64,000 nucleotides of DNA from an uncultured Christensenellaceae bacterium (GTDB taxonomy: Bacteria > Bacillota > Clostridia > Christensenellales > SZUA-584), in the NCBI GenBank assembly GCA_964510055.1, contig CAZDZY010000001.1, positions 15,873 to 79,872 of the forward strand, read 5' to 3'. Shown here in pieces: positions 8,463 to 17,798 of this stretch (the stretch's first letter is position 1; every line of letters starts with the position of its first letter). The notes under the pieces were generated by a model, which saw only the letters and a program-made list of their open reading frames with translations, made no database searches and was not told where the DNA came from. Position numbers and translations under genes: made by a program.

Positions 8463-8486
8463 AAAAGCCGGCTAAGCCGGCTTTTT
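8463..8486. terminator. Bidirectional hairpin terminator (serves the CotF-like gene on the minus strand)
   Basis: AAAAGCCGGC-taa-GCCGGCTTTTT, with A and T tracts on both sides. Confidence 0.65.
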
Positions 8487-8534
8487 ACTTGGAGATCCCC
8501 TAATTTAGTGCAGCATTATCCGCTGAATGCTTGA

Positions 8535-8804
8535 CTACCATTGCGTGTTTTGGCCGCCGCCCTGAAACTCGCTTTTTACCTGTTTTATTTCAGAATCGTC
8601 AGCCATATGCGCGGGTTGGTAATAACCTTTTGACTGAGCTATCTTGTAAAGCTCATACTGAGAATTCTCATCCCCGTCCCTTATCTGCTGCAATGCAGAG
8701 CGCAGATTGGGATTTGAGCACTCCGAGATAGCGGTTTCGTATGCCGTAAGGCTGCTCTTGACAGACGCGAGCGCGTCGTTTACCATTTCTTTTTCCTGAA
8801 GCAT
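8535..8804 (-). CDS. Coat F (CotF)-domain spore coat protein
   Basis: The pattern NDALASVKSSLTAYETAISECSNPNLRSALQQIRDGDENSQYELYKIAQSKGYY matches the Coat F domain. Confidence 0.7.
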   Translation of the reverse strand: MLQEKEMVNDALASVKSSLTAYETAISECSNPNLRSALQQIRDGDENSQYELYKIAQSKGYYQPAHMADDSEIKQVKSEFQGGGQNTQW

Positions 8805-8815
8805 ATACTCTCCTC

Positions 8816-9001
8816 CTAAGATAAGAACGACATAAGCTGCTGCTTAGTCTTTTGCGCGTCCTGGGCGCATTTCTCGAAGTGCTGTTTTACCTGCGGATCT
8901 GTGCACTGCTGCGCATACGTCTGCGATTTCTGGAACGCGGTCTCGTGCGCCCCAATCAAATGCCGGAGATGCTGCAGCTCAAGCTTGTTTATCTGTGACA
9001 T
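8816..9001 (-). CDS. Small helical protein paired with the CotF-like gene (probably spore-coat associated)
   Basis: 61 aa, 11 nt upstream of the CotF-like gene, with AAGGAG SD. A comparable small-plus-CotF gene pair is common in Clostridia. Confidence 0.5.
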   Translation of the reverse strand: MSQINKLELQHLRHLIGAHETAFQKSQTYAQQCTDPQVKQHFEKCAQDAQKTKQQLMSFLS

Positions 9002-9315
9002 AATAAAGGACTCCTTTCAATGTTATGTTTTTATTATTTTTCAGGTGAAACGTGATTATGCAGAAAAGCGGGCTTTATATAAATCCAGAAAAGTCAAAAA
9101 TCAAGATGTTTGATACTTCCATATCACTGTCATCGTTTGATTTCCTCAAAAAATAATATAAAAATCAACAGGTTGCCCTGGCTGTTTCCATATTGTCTTA
9201 TACTAATATAGTATGATGTGTATTTATATGTTTATCGTTGTTTACATTTGTTACATTTAGTGATATATTGTATTTAATGTCTTACAAAATCTTTCCTGTC
9301 GGGAGGCGTAATACC

Positions 9316-12300
9316 ATGCTAAAAAAATCGTTGTTTGTTTTGTTGATACTGGCGCTCGTGCTGGTAATGTTTTTACCTGCGACCTCGCTGGCGGACGACC
9401 CCACGCAGCCTGCCGGCCAGATAACGGAATCGCCGGCTGCGGATAAACCGGATCTGACCAAGTTTATAGGCGACCCGGAAAGCGCGGAAGATATGGGCTC
9501 TCCCGATGAGGGCAGCGTATCAACGCTTGCGCTGACGGCAGTCGGTCCGTCGAAGTATACAAAGTCACTGCATTATGACCCAGATTATGATGTTTATTGG
9601 CTTGACATAGTATACCAAGCTCCGGCATCGGGGTTATATGCGTTTCAGGGTCTAGGTTCCCAGGACACCGATATTCTGATCGGATATTATGGAGATGATC
9701 GTGCTTTTGCGGTAGATAACAGCGATTATCCTTTTGTATTAGAGTTATATCTCGAAAAAGATCAATATTACATGATTGAATTAATTAACTGGGAAGGTTC
9801 CTCATGTACCTATCTGTTTTCTTCTCCCAAGGCACTCGGTACCCAGGCAATAACGATAAAATCGAACGGGTATTCAAAATCCTGGATCCAGGATTTCACT
9901 TTCAATGTACCTTTGTATGGGCTTTACGCCCTGCATTTTACTTGCCCGGCAAGCTGCTCGTATTATGCAACTGTTTTCAGGCCCAACGGCTCCGGCGGTT
10001 TAGAGACTGTCTTCAGCTCCGGGACTGTATCTTCGGAATATTATACAACTATGATATTGCTTAATGAGGGTGAGTATTATATATCCTGTTTGTTGAACAA
10101 CAATGTCTCTGCCTCTTATACGTATACGATCGGAATGGATACTTCGATGATCGAAACAACGGGAGGAATGGTCAACAGCATAACATATACGCGTACTATC
10201 GGCCCGAACGATACGTTTACAAGCCATAACTTCATTCCTGAAACGACCGGCGTCTACAGGTTCGCCTGCGACCGCACGGACGCAAAGCTGACTATCATCG
10301 ACGATGCGGGTAACGTCATAATCAATAACGCAGCTTTATATGCGGATATCCCGCTGGAGAGCGGTGAACTCGCGCCAAACTATTATGTCTATTTCACGAC
10401 GCCTGCAAGCACCGCGACGCGTTATATAAACTACTCCGCGACGCTTCTCTCCCCCGATTCCACGCTTTGGAGCCTTGGAGCTTCTACGGGCGAAATTTCG
10501 CCCGACTGGGGCACCGAGCCGACTAACGAATATAGGCTGGACGTTAACCCCGACGAGTGCACCAGCCTTACGTTTGAGCCTGTGCCCAATGCTCCGGGCG
10601 GAACTATGATGATAAACGGGACGGTACGCAGCAGTTTTACCATACCGGTGACCGCGGGCATGGAACCGCAGACTGTATACATCGATTACACCGCGCCCGA
10701 TGGAGTTGAGACTACTTCTTACATTGTATTCGTGCACCCCTTATCGGTAGAGTGTTCGCTGTTAAGTATCGGCGCGCCCTTTACTTTGGGGGCAAACGGG
10801 AACGTGGCAACGGCTACGGTAACAGACAGCGGAACAACAACGCTGCCCGTAACGGCGACAGTGAGCGAAGGCGCTTACTGGGAATTGGTCGGCAGTGATT
10901 TCACGACCTCGCCGGGATCGTCGATGACGCTCACTGAAGGCCTGAACCGTGCATTTATCTGCGTATATTCTGAAAACAATAACCATTATACATTTTACCC
11001 ATTGTACGTATACAAGACTTCGGAATCGGGAGTGCCGGCCATTTTCGCGTACGACTCTGGATATAATAAACTTGAAAGTGATGTTATTACCAACCAAAGC
11101 GTATATGTGTTCACGCTGGGTACGCCTGTTTTATCGGCTTCAGTGACAAAAGACGACAGCCCTGTCAGCTGGGCTGACCCGTTTACCGAGGATGGTACAT
11201 ATGCGGTAAACGCCACAGACGGCAACAGCCACAGCGCGGAGCCTTTCCAGTTCACGATAGACAAGACCGCGCCGGTACTTACTGTAGTCGATTCTCTCAG
11301 CACCCCCGTGGCCAACGGGGCCGTATTGAACAGGACGGTAACCGTCAGCGCTTCCGATATTACAGACATCACCTTTGCCTCGGCAAAAGACGGAGTGATA
11401 TACCCATGGCCGGAAGGCGGCGATTTCACCGAATCCGGAATATACTATATCACCGCAACCGACGACGCGGGCAACAGTTCGTCTTACGCGTTCACCATCG
11501 ACTTATCGGCACCCGTTATCACGGCTGTCTGCGGCACCAGAACGCTCGAGGAAGGCGGCCACGCCAACGTCGCCGTTGTCGTATCGGTGACCGACCCCCG
11601 CCTCAGGAGCAAATCCGTAACGAAAAACGGCGTGCGTATCTCGTGGCCTTCGGGCGGCAAATTTACTTACTCGGGCACATATATCGTCACGGCCGCTGAC
11701 AGCTTTAATAATACCGATACGTTCTCGTTCACCATCGACAAGACGAAACCTTCAATAACGGCAAAGTACGCGGGCAGGTATACGCTTTATACTAACAGGT
11801 ACACGAAATATGACGTCACCGTAACGGTAAAAGACACTTATCTCAATACCAAAACCGTTACAAGGGACGACGTTGCATACATATGGCCGGAGAACAACAT
11901 ATTCACCGAGGACGGAAAGTATGTTGTTACAGCCGATGACATCGCCGGCAATACGTTTTCGTTCACATTCACCATCGATAAGACGCTGCCGACAATAACG
12001 GCTAAAACTACTGATACTGTTCCGATTCCGGTCCTGGACAAAGATTGCCTGAACGCCAACGTTGAAGTAACGGTCTCCGATACGAACCTATACGGTAAAT
12101 ACGTTAAAAAGAATGGCCGCAGCATGAGGTGGCCTTCGTTGGATACATTCACCGCTTCGGGCAGCTATGTTGTGACCGCTAAAGATAAAGCCGGCAACGT
12201 AAGCACGTTCGCGTTCGTTATCGACAAGGTAAATCCCGTCATATCGGTAAAGACCACTTCGGGCTCTACCGTGTACAGCGGGCGCACGACCAAATACGAC

Positions 12301-14229
12301 GTATATGTCAATATCATCGACCGGAACCCCAACGTAAAGACGGCAATGCTGGAAGGCGTACCTATCGACTGGCCGTTGAAGAACAAGTTCACACAGGAAG
12401 GCCTTTACTCCATCACTGCTACCGATTTAGCGGGCAATACCGTCTCGGCGCCATATACGTTCACGATCTATAAACCCGCGAGATTCACGGTGACCGAGTT
12501 CACTTCCCTCGACCCGGTGGCAAATAACGGTTACGCAAACGACGAAGATGGGGTAACCATCGACTTTTACGAGCCGTTCTATGCTTCGAAGACGCTGACG
12601 AAGGACGGAGTCACGATCCCCTGGCCGGATGATCCCAAAGCGATAACCGTAAGCGGCGCGGGAGTCTACACGGCAACGGTCAGGGATACCTTCGGATATA
12701 CGTCTGTGTTTAGGTTCACTATCGACCTTACGTCTCCGCTGATCTCCGCCAGGGCTTATTCGGGCGCGGAGATCCTTGATGAAGGCTATACAAAAGAGTC
12801 GAGAATAACGGTTTCAATAAATGAAAAATATCTTGCCTCCAAGACCGCGACGAAGAACGGCAAGAAGATAAGATGGCCTTCTTACAGCAGGTTTACGTCT
12901 GAAGGCGTCTACGTAATAACCGCTCTCGATAAGGCGGGCAACGCCGCCGAGCCGCTCACGTTTACCATTGACCGCTCGAAGCCTGTTATAACCTGCAAGA
13001 CTGTAACGGCCCAGAAGAGCATAGCAAACAACGGCATTACCAACGACAGCGCTGTGATAACAGTAACCGACCGCCTAAGCATAATAAACACGCTGACAAA
13101 AGACGATGTTGCGATGACGTGGCCGGCAGACAATATCGTAACAGAAGAAGGGATCTATAGAATAAGTTCTGTAGATGCCCTTGGGTATACGAGTACGTTC
13201 ACGTTCACCATAGATAAGACAAAGCCGGTCATAACCGCAGCAAACGCATCGGGCAGCGTATCTGAAGCAGGCTATTCGAATTCAGACGTTACGGTGACCA
13301 TTACCGGTGCGGTGAAGAAGAGCGTGACAAAAAATAATGCTGCTATCACATACCCCTCGAGCGGCGTATTTAAGGCAGCGGGAGTGTATAAGGTAACGGC
13401 TGCGGACGCGGCGGGCAATAAGCAGTATTTTACGTTTACTATCGATAAGACGGCGCCTAGAATAACGGCAAAAGTCGGCAGCACGACCCTCGCTTCCGGT
13501 GGTTTTACTACCGGGAATGTTACTGTTACGGTAACGGGCGCAGACGAAGTTAACGTTGACAAAGACGGCGAGGCCGGATACGGCTTCCCCGAGGGCGGAG
13601 TGTTTACCGAGCAAGGCCATTATGATATCGAAGCCTTTGACAACGCGGGCAACAGCGCAACGATTGTATTCTATATAGACAGGACTCCCCCGGAAATAAG
13701 AGCCACCACGGACGGTTCCTTCCCCGGCGGAATAACGAACAGGTATGTTACAATATCCGCTGAAGACCCGGTATGCCCGCTGGCAAATATCACGTTCACA
13801 GCGACAAGAAACGGCGCCAGTTATCCATTCCCCTCAGGAGGCCTTTTCACCGGGGACGGGGATTATGTGGTAACGGCCAGAGACGGCGCGGGCAGCAGCA
13901 GTACACCGTTCACGTTCACTATCGATACGACGGTTCCTACTATACTTGCCCTCGAGATACCCTCTTCTGCTGTAGTCGGTGAAGGTTCCACAGTGACTTC
14001 ACGTGTTGGCGTTTCGGTTAATGATCTCAACTTTTACTCTGTAATAATTTTGAGGAATGACGACCCGTATAAGATGAATCCTCTTATGCCGGGATTCGAC
14101 GAGTCGCTGCTGTGGGATATGGATACGCCCATCCTTGAGCTTACTGCAAACGGCTCGTATGTAATATTAGTGACTGATGAAGCGGGGAACACCTCAGCGC
14201 TCACATTTACGCTAAATATTCAATACTAG
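9316..14229 (+). CDS. Secreted 1637-aa surface or extracellular protein: signal peptide, three PPC-like modules, a cadherin-like beta-sandwich and about 12-13 tandem Ig-like domains
   Basis: GGGAGG lies 9 nt upstream of ATG 9316; the ORF-track start at 9238 lacks an SD. Signal peptide: MLKKSLFVLLILALVLVMFLPATSLADD. The boundary motif F(T/V/Y)I(D/Y)(K/L/R/T)(T/S/V)xP occurs 12 times between 11251 and 13915. No LPXTG, S-layer-homology or choline-binding anchor is recognisable. Confidence 0.85.
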   Translation: MLKKSLFVLLILALVLVMFLPATSLADDPTQPAGQITESPAADKPDLTKFIGDPESAEDMGSPDEGSVSTLALTAVGPSKYTKSLHYDPDYDVYWLDIVYQAPASGLYAFQGLGSQDTDILIGYYGDDRAFAVDNSDYPFVLELYLEKDQYYMIELINWEGSSCTYLFSSPKALGTQAITIKSNGYSKSWIQDFTFNVPLYGLYALHFTCPASCSYYATVFRPNGSGGLETVFSSGTVSSEYYTTMILLNEGEYYISCLLNNNVSASYTYTIGMDTSMIETTGGMVNSITYTRTIGPNDTFTSHNFIPETTGVYRFACDRTDAKLTIIDDAGNVIINNAALYADIPLESGELAPNYYVYFTTPASTATRYINYSATLLSPDSTLWSLGASTGEISPDWGTEPTNEYRLDVNPDECTSLTFEPVPNAPGGTMMINGTVRSSFTIPVTAGMEPQTVYIDYTAPDGVETTSYIVFVHPLSVECSLLSIGAPFTLGANGNVATATVTDSGTTTLPVTATVSEGAYWELVGSDFTTSPGSSMTLTEGLNRAFICVYSENNNHYTFYPLYVYKTSESGVPAIFAYDSGYNKLESDVITNQSVYVFTLGTPVLSASVTKDDSPVSWADPFTEDGTYAVNATDGNSHSAEPFQFTIDKTAPVLTVVDSLSTPVANGAVLNRTVTVSASDITDITFASAKDGVIYPWPEGGDFTESGIYYITATDDAGNSSSYAFTIDLSAPVITAVCGTRTLEEGGHANVAVVVSVTDPRLRSKSVTKNGVRISWPSGGKFTYSGTYIVTAADSFNNTDTFSFTIDKTKPSITAKYAGRYTLYTNRYTKYDVTVTVKDTYLNTKTVTRDDVAYIWPENNIFTEDGKYVVTADDIAGNTFSFTFTIDKTLPTITAKTTDTVPIPVLDKDCLNANVEVTVSDTNLYGKYVKKNGRSMRWPSLDTFTASGSYVVTAKDKAGNVSTFAFVIDKVNPVISVKTTSGSTVYSGRTTKYDVYVNIIDRNPNVKTAMLEGVPIDWPLKNKFTQEGLYSITATDLAGNTVSAPYTFTIYKPARFTVTEFTSLDPVANNGYANDEDGVTIDFYEPFYASKTLTKDGVTIPWPDDPKAITVSGAGVYTATVRDTFGYTSVFRFTIDLTSPLISARAYSGAEILDEGYTKESRITVSINEKYLASKTATKNGKKIRWPSYSRFTSEGVYVITALDKAGNAAEPLTFTIDRSKPVITCKTVTAQKSIANNGITNDSAVITVTDRLSIINTLTKDDVAMTWPADNIVTEEGIYRISSVDALGYTSTFTFTIDKTKPVITAANASGSVSEAGYSNSDVTVTITGAVKKSVTKNNAAITYPSSGVFKAAGVYKVTAADAAGNKQYFTFTIDKTAPRITAKVGSTTLASGGFTTGNVTVTVTGADEVNVDKDGEAGYGFPEGGVFTEQGHYDIEAFDNAGNSATIVFYIDRTPPEIRATTDGSFPGGITNRYVTISAEDPVCPLANITFTATRNGASYPFPSGGLFTGDGDYVVTARDGAGSSSTPFTFTIDTTVPTILALEIPSSAVVGEGSTVTSRVGVSVNDLNFYSVIILRNDDPYKMNPLMPGFDESLLWDMDTPILELTANGSYVILVTDEAGNTSALTFTLNIQY
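11030..14229 (+). repeat. Coding tandem array of Ig-like domains (period 231-255 nt)
   Basis: FTIDKT-type boundary codons start at 11251, 11491, 11728, 11968, 12214, 12460, 12715, 12961, 13204, 13435, 13669 and 13915. The copies have diverged at DNA level. Confidence 0.8.
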
Positions 14230-14241
14230 CCTCAAATCTTC

Positions 14242-14267
14242 AAACAGCCCTTCGGGGCTGTTTTTTT
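14242..14267 (+). terminator. Intrinsic terminator of the large surface-protein gene
   Basis: AAACAGCCC-ttcg-GGGCTGTTTTTTT. Confidence 0.8.
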
Positions 14268-14444
14268 GTACTTATATCTTCCGGCATGATATTCATGCCG
14301 CGCTCCGTGAGCATAACATTTATACTTCATATCATTATTTATAAGAAATATATCATCAGGGTTGTTAACGCCTGACGGAAGCCTTATAATATGGATAGAA
14401 TAACATGTAATAATATCTTATCGGCCGGCCGGATACGTATCTTA

Positions 14445-14498
14445 GAAAAGAACAAGGCCTGCTTTACCGCAAAGGGCACTGCGGTCTTACGGGCGGTA
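14445..14498 (-). repeat. Orphan copy (A) of a terminator-like hairpin element; copy B is at 17748..17793
   Basis: GAAAAGAACAAGGCctGCTTTACCGC...CGGGCGGTA shares 14-, 10- and 9-nt blocks, in the same order, with copy B. On the minus strand it reads as a TACCGC/GCGGTA stem followed by CTTGTTCTTTTC. No minus-strand gene lies upstream of it. Confidence 0.55.
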
Positions 14499-14574
14499 GA
14501 ATCGTTATATCACTGTATAAATAACCATTTTTATGTAACTATATGCATGTATAATAGTTATTTTGATATTTATG

Positions 14575-14603
14575 TTGCATAATTATACGATTTGTATTAT
14601 AAT
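14575..14603 (+). promoter_or_regulatory. Sigma-70-type promoter of the amino-acid ABC operon
   Basis: TTGCAT (14575..14580), 17 nt, TATAAT (14598..14603). Confidence 0.55.
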
Positions 14604-14645
14604 CGCTCTATAATAATGATTATATTAATTAAGGAGAGATATAAA

Positions 14646-15410
14646 ATGAAAAAGACAAATGTATTGCATATGATAATCGCGGCCGCCCTTATACTCGGCC
14701 TTGTATTCTCGTTTGCCGCCTGCGGGCAGCCGGCAGCTACAACAGATAAGCCAAAATTGATAATGGCTACAAACGCTCAGTTCCCGCCGTATGAATATTA
14801 TGACGGAGATAAAATCGTAGGGATCGACGCTGAGATAGCCCAGGCAATTGCGGATAAGCTCGGTATGACTCTTGAGATACAGGATATGGAGTTCGATTCT
14901 ATAATCTCCTCTGTTGCTAGCGGGAAAGCCGACATCGGAGTCGCAGGCATAACGGCGTCGGAAGACAGGAAGCTTACCGTAAACTTCTCGACCTCATATG
15001 CTACTGGCAAGCAGGTTATTATTGTCAAGGAAGACTCAACCATAGCCGGCCCAGATGATCTTAAGGGAAAGCTTATAGGCGTTCAGCTCAGCACCACAGG
15101 CGATATCTACTGCTCAGACGACTACGGTGAAGACTCCATGAGGCGCTTCAACAACGGCGCCGAAGCAGTTTTAGCTCTTACTCAGGGTAAGATAGATGCG
15201 GTCGTAATCGATAACGAACCCGCTAAAGTATACGTTCAGCAGAATCCGGGCCTTAAGATACTTGAGACCGAATATATAACGGAAAACTACGCTATCGAAG
15301 TTGCAAAAGAAAACACGGAACTTCTGGGTAAGATCAATGACGCTTTAGCCGCGCTGCAAAATGACGGCACGCTTAAATCGATCGTAGATAAATATATAAA
15401 AGCAAACTAA
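14646..15410 (+). CDS. Amino-acid ABC transporter substrate-binding lipoprotein (polar amino-acid / PBP type 3 family)
   Basis: AAGGAGAG precedes ATG 14646. Lipobox LVFSFAAC. Family motifs: GIDAEIAQAIADKLG, DIGVAGITASEDR, DAVVIDNEPA. Confidence 0.85.
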   Translation: MKKTNVLHMIIAAALILGLVFSFAACGQPAATTDKPKLIMATNAQFPPYEYYDGDKIVGIDAEIAQAIADKLGMTLEIQDMEFDSIISSVASGKADIGVAGITASEDRKLTVNFSTSYATGKQVIIVKEDSTIAGPDDLKGKLIGVQLSTTGDIYCSDDYGEDSMRRFNNGAEAVLALTQGKIDAVVIDNEPAKVYVQQNPGLKILETEYITENYAIEVAKENTELLGKINDALAALQNDGTLKSIVDKYIKAN

Positions 15411-15535
15411 ATCGTTGACAAAAGCCACATACGCTGATACTTTTAATGAGTCAGAGCGGTGTTAATAAAAAGACCGGGTTAAGTACTTAAGAGCTGCCGC
15501 ACGGCGGCTCTTTTCAATTTGAAAGGAGGGTTATC

Positions 15536-16237
15536 ATGTCTGGGTGGTGGCAGGATCTTGTCGCAAGATTTACAAACGACTTTATTAAAGACGACAGATG
15601 GCGTTATCTGCTTAATGGTTTCATAGTAACTATCGAGATTACACTGGCCGCTGTCGTGATCGGAATCGCGCTGGGGTTCATCGTTGCTATAGTGCGCTCA
15701 ACATATGAGAAAACAGGCAGACATAAAATTGCAAATGCAATTTGTCAGTTTTATCTGACCGTGATACGCGGCACGCCCGTTCTCGTGCAGCTTATAATTA
15801 TTTACTTTATAGTTTTCGCCACCGTCAATATCAGCCCTGTAATAGTTGCGATAATAGCTTTCGGCATAAACTCGGGAGCATACGTAGCGGAGATATTCCG
15901 CAGCGGCATAATATCTATAGATAACGGGCAATTTGAGGCGGGCAGAAGCCTTGGATTCAGCTATAACCAAACTATGTGGACCATAATAATGCCGCAGGCG
16001 GTAAGAAACGTTATACCCGCGCTGCTTAATGAGGCCATTACACTGCTAAAGGAAACCTCTTTGGTAGGTTATATTGCTTTGCAGGATGTAACAAGGGGCG
16101 CGATGATAATCCGCGGCGTTACATTCGACCCTTATTTGCCATTTATAGCGCTCGCACTGATATACCTCGCGGTCGTTATTCCGCTTTCGGCGGGAGTCCG
16201 CCGCCTTGAAAGGAGGCTGAACCGCAATGGACGCTGA
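15536..16237 (+). CDS. Amino-acid ABC transporter permease (His/Glu/Gln/Arg/opine family)
   Basis: AAGGAGGG SD. Contains the EAA-loop region [31 protein letters not shown]. Confidence 0.85.
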   Translation: MSGWWQDLVARFTNDFIKDDRWRYLLNGFIVTIEITLAAVVIGIALGFIVAIVRSTYEKTGRHKIANAICQFYLTVIRGTPVLVQLIIIYFIVFATVNISPVIVAIIAFGINSGAYVAEIFRSGIISIDNGQFEAGRSLGFSYNQTMWTIIMPQAVRNVIPALLNEAITLLKETSLVGYIALQDVTRGAMIIRGVTFDPYLPFIALALIYLAVVIPLSAGVRRLERRLNRNGR

Positions 16238-16973
16238 CTCAATGGACATATTGATAAAAACAGAAGGCCTCGAAAAATATTTCGGTTCTATCAAAGCCCT
16301 TGACGGTATAGACTGCGAGATACGCAAAGGCGACGTCACCGTCGTCATAGGCCCGTCGGGTTCGGGTAAATCCACGTTCCTCCGGTGCCTCAACCTGCTT
16401 GAGATGCCTACAGGCGGAAAGATATATTTCGAAGGCGTCGATATAACCGACCCGAAAGTGGATATCAACCTGCATCGCCGCAAGATGGGCATGGTATTCC
16501 AGCAGTTCAATCTTTTCCCGCATATGAAGGTGCTCCGCAACATGACTATAGCGCCGATAAAACTGCTCAAAGTCCCCGAGGAAAAAGCTAACGAAGACGC
16601 CATGGCGCTGCTTCGCCGCGTAGGCCTCGCCGACCGGGCGGACGCTTACCCCTCGCAGCTCTCGGGCGGGCAGAAACAGAGGATAGCGATAGTACGCGCG
16701 CTAGCCATGAACCCGGACGTAATGCTGTTCGACGAGCCCACCAGCGCACTCGATCCCGAGATGGTCGGCGAAGTGCTCGACGTCATGAAGTCGCTCGCGC
16801 AGGGAGGAATGACCATGGTCGTCGTAACGCACGAGATGGGCTTCGCCCGCGAGGTGGGCAAGCGCGTCATATTCATGGATGAAGGAAGGATAGTGGAAGA
16901 GAATACCCCCGCCGGGTTGTTCGAGAACCCGAAAAGCGAGCGGCTCAAAAGCTTCCTTGCGAAAGTACTGTAA
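16227..16973 (+). CDS. Amino-acid ABC transporter ATP-binding protein (GlnQ-like)
   Basis: Walker [10 protein letters not shown], signature LSGGQKQR, Walker [12 protein letters not shown]. Overlaps the permease gene by 11 nt. Confidence 0.9.
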   Translation: MDADSMDILIKTEGLEKYFGSIKALDGIDCEIRKGDVTVVIGPSGSGKSTFLRCLNLLEMPTGGKIYFEGVDITDPKVDINLHRRKMGMVFQQFNLFPHMKVLRNMTIAPIKLLKVPEEKANEDAMALLRRVGLADRADAYPSQLSGGQKQRIAIVRALAMNPDVMLFDEPTSALDPEMVGEVLDVMKSLAQGGMTMVVVTHEMGFAREVGKRVIFMDEGRIVEENTPAGLFENPKSERLKSFLAKVL

Positions 16974-16996
16974 TAAAGATAATTCCCGATAAAATA

Positions 16997-17026
16997 ATAG
17001 AAGCAGCGATGCTTCTATTTCTTTAT
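16997..17026. terminator. Hairpin terminator between convergent genes
   Basis: ATAGAAGCA-gcga-TGCTTCTAT followed by TTCTTTAT. Confidence 0.6.
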
Positions 17027-17072
17027 GCTGAAAATATGGCTAGTCCAATAAAAATGTTATATACTCCCCGTT

Positions 17073-17603
17073 TTAACTCTTTGGATTCTTCTTTATTTCT
17101 TCAAGTGTCTTCCAGATGACGTCCATATCCGTAAAACAATTAGGTATTTCAATCCTTCTGCATTTTTTATAGCTGTGTATCGTCTTACCGTCCTTTAGCA
17201 CATATGCGGCCTTTATATCCCCCCATATAAGTGCAAAACCTCTCTCATGAGGTATCATTCTTTTTACACTTGTTATGCAATATATTACATAATGAACGCT
17301 ACCGAACAGCGAAGAGAAGAGCTTCCTTTCTCGGTACAGCACGCAGCCCGGTACAGTAAATACGTCGCTGCCCTTATCTGTATAAAACCTTACTAAATAC
17401 GGACCTGCAAGGAACAGACCCCCAAACACAAATACTAGAATATCCACAATATCCAGTTTTCTGCCTGATAATATTAAAAATATTAGACACAGCAGCATGA
17501 AAACCGGCATTATCAGCATATAACCCAAATTCCGGAGAAACACTTTTCTGTCAAATATATGCCTTAGCGCCTTGTCTTTTATATCCTTTGGCATTAACCC
17601 CAT
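17073..17603 (-). CDS. Membrane protein of unknown function (two TM helices plus a C-terminal soluble domain), AT-rich
   Basis: 176-aa ORF with hydrophobic segments MLIMPVFMLLCLIFLIL and ILVFVFGGLFLAGPYLV. No recognised motif. Confidence 0.55.
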   Translation of the reverse strand: MGLMPKDIKDKALRHIFDRKVFLRNLGYMLIMPVFMLLCLIFLILSGRKLDIVDILVFVFGGLFLAGPYLVRFYTDKGSDVFTVPGCVLYRERKLFSSLFGSVHYVIYCITSVKRMIPHERGFALIWGDIKAAYVLKDGKTIHSYKKCRRIEIPNCFTDMDVIWKTLEEIKKNPKS

Positions 17604-17747
17604 ATTATGTCCTTAAATGTATAATTTAATATTTCATTTCATTATATCACTTTTTTACGCAGAACATTTGGTTTGGTTTGTTATTCATAAAGCTTTGCAA
17701 AACAAGGACAATATAGTATCACAGCCTTTATAAATAGGCCTCGTCAT

Positions 17748-17793
17748 GAAAAAGAACAAGGCGAGCTTTACCGCTAGCTCTCCGGGCGGTAAA
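17748..17793 (-). terminator. Intrinsic terminator of the 724-aa gene (copy B of the repeated hairpin element)
   Basis: On the minus strand: TTTACCGC-11 nt-GCGGTAAA followed by GCTCGCCTTGTTCTTTTTC, starting 5 nt after the stop codon at 17799..17801. Confidence 0.65.
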
Positions 17794-17798
17794 CCGGT

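Noticed and set aside
14384-14582. The 63-aa ORF 14391..14582 and a possible T-box or other leader upstream of the amino-acid ABC operon. Candidate features are alternative TACCGC / TGCGGT / GCGGTA pairings and an AAGGGCACUGCGG string.
   Set aside because: The ORF starts directly after a TATAAT with no SD and has a non-protein-like sequence. The T-box consensus (AGGGUGGNACCGCG) is not met. The pairing-capable segment is better explained as copy A of the repeated terminator-like element.
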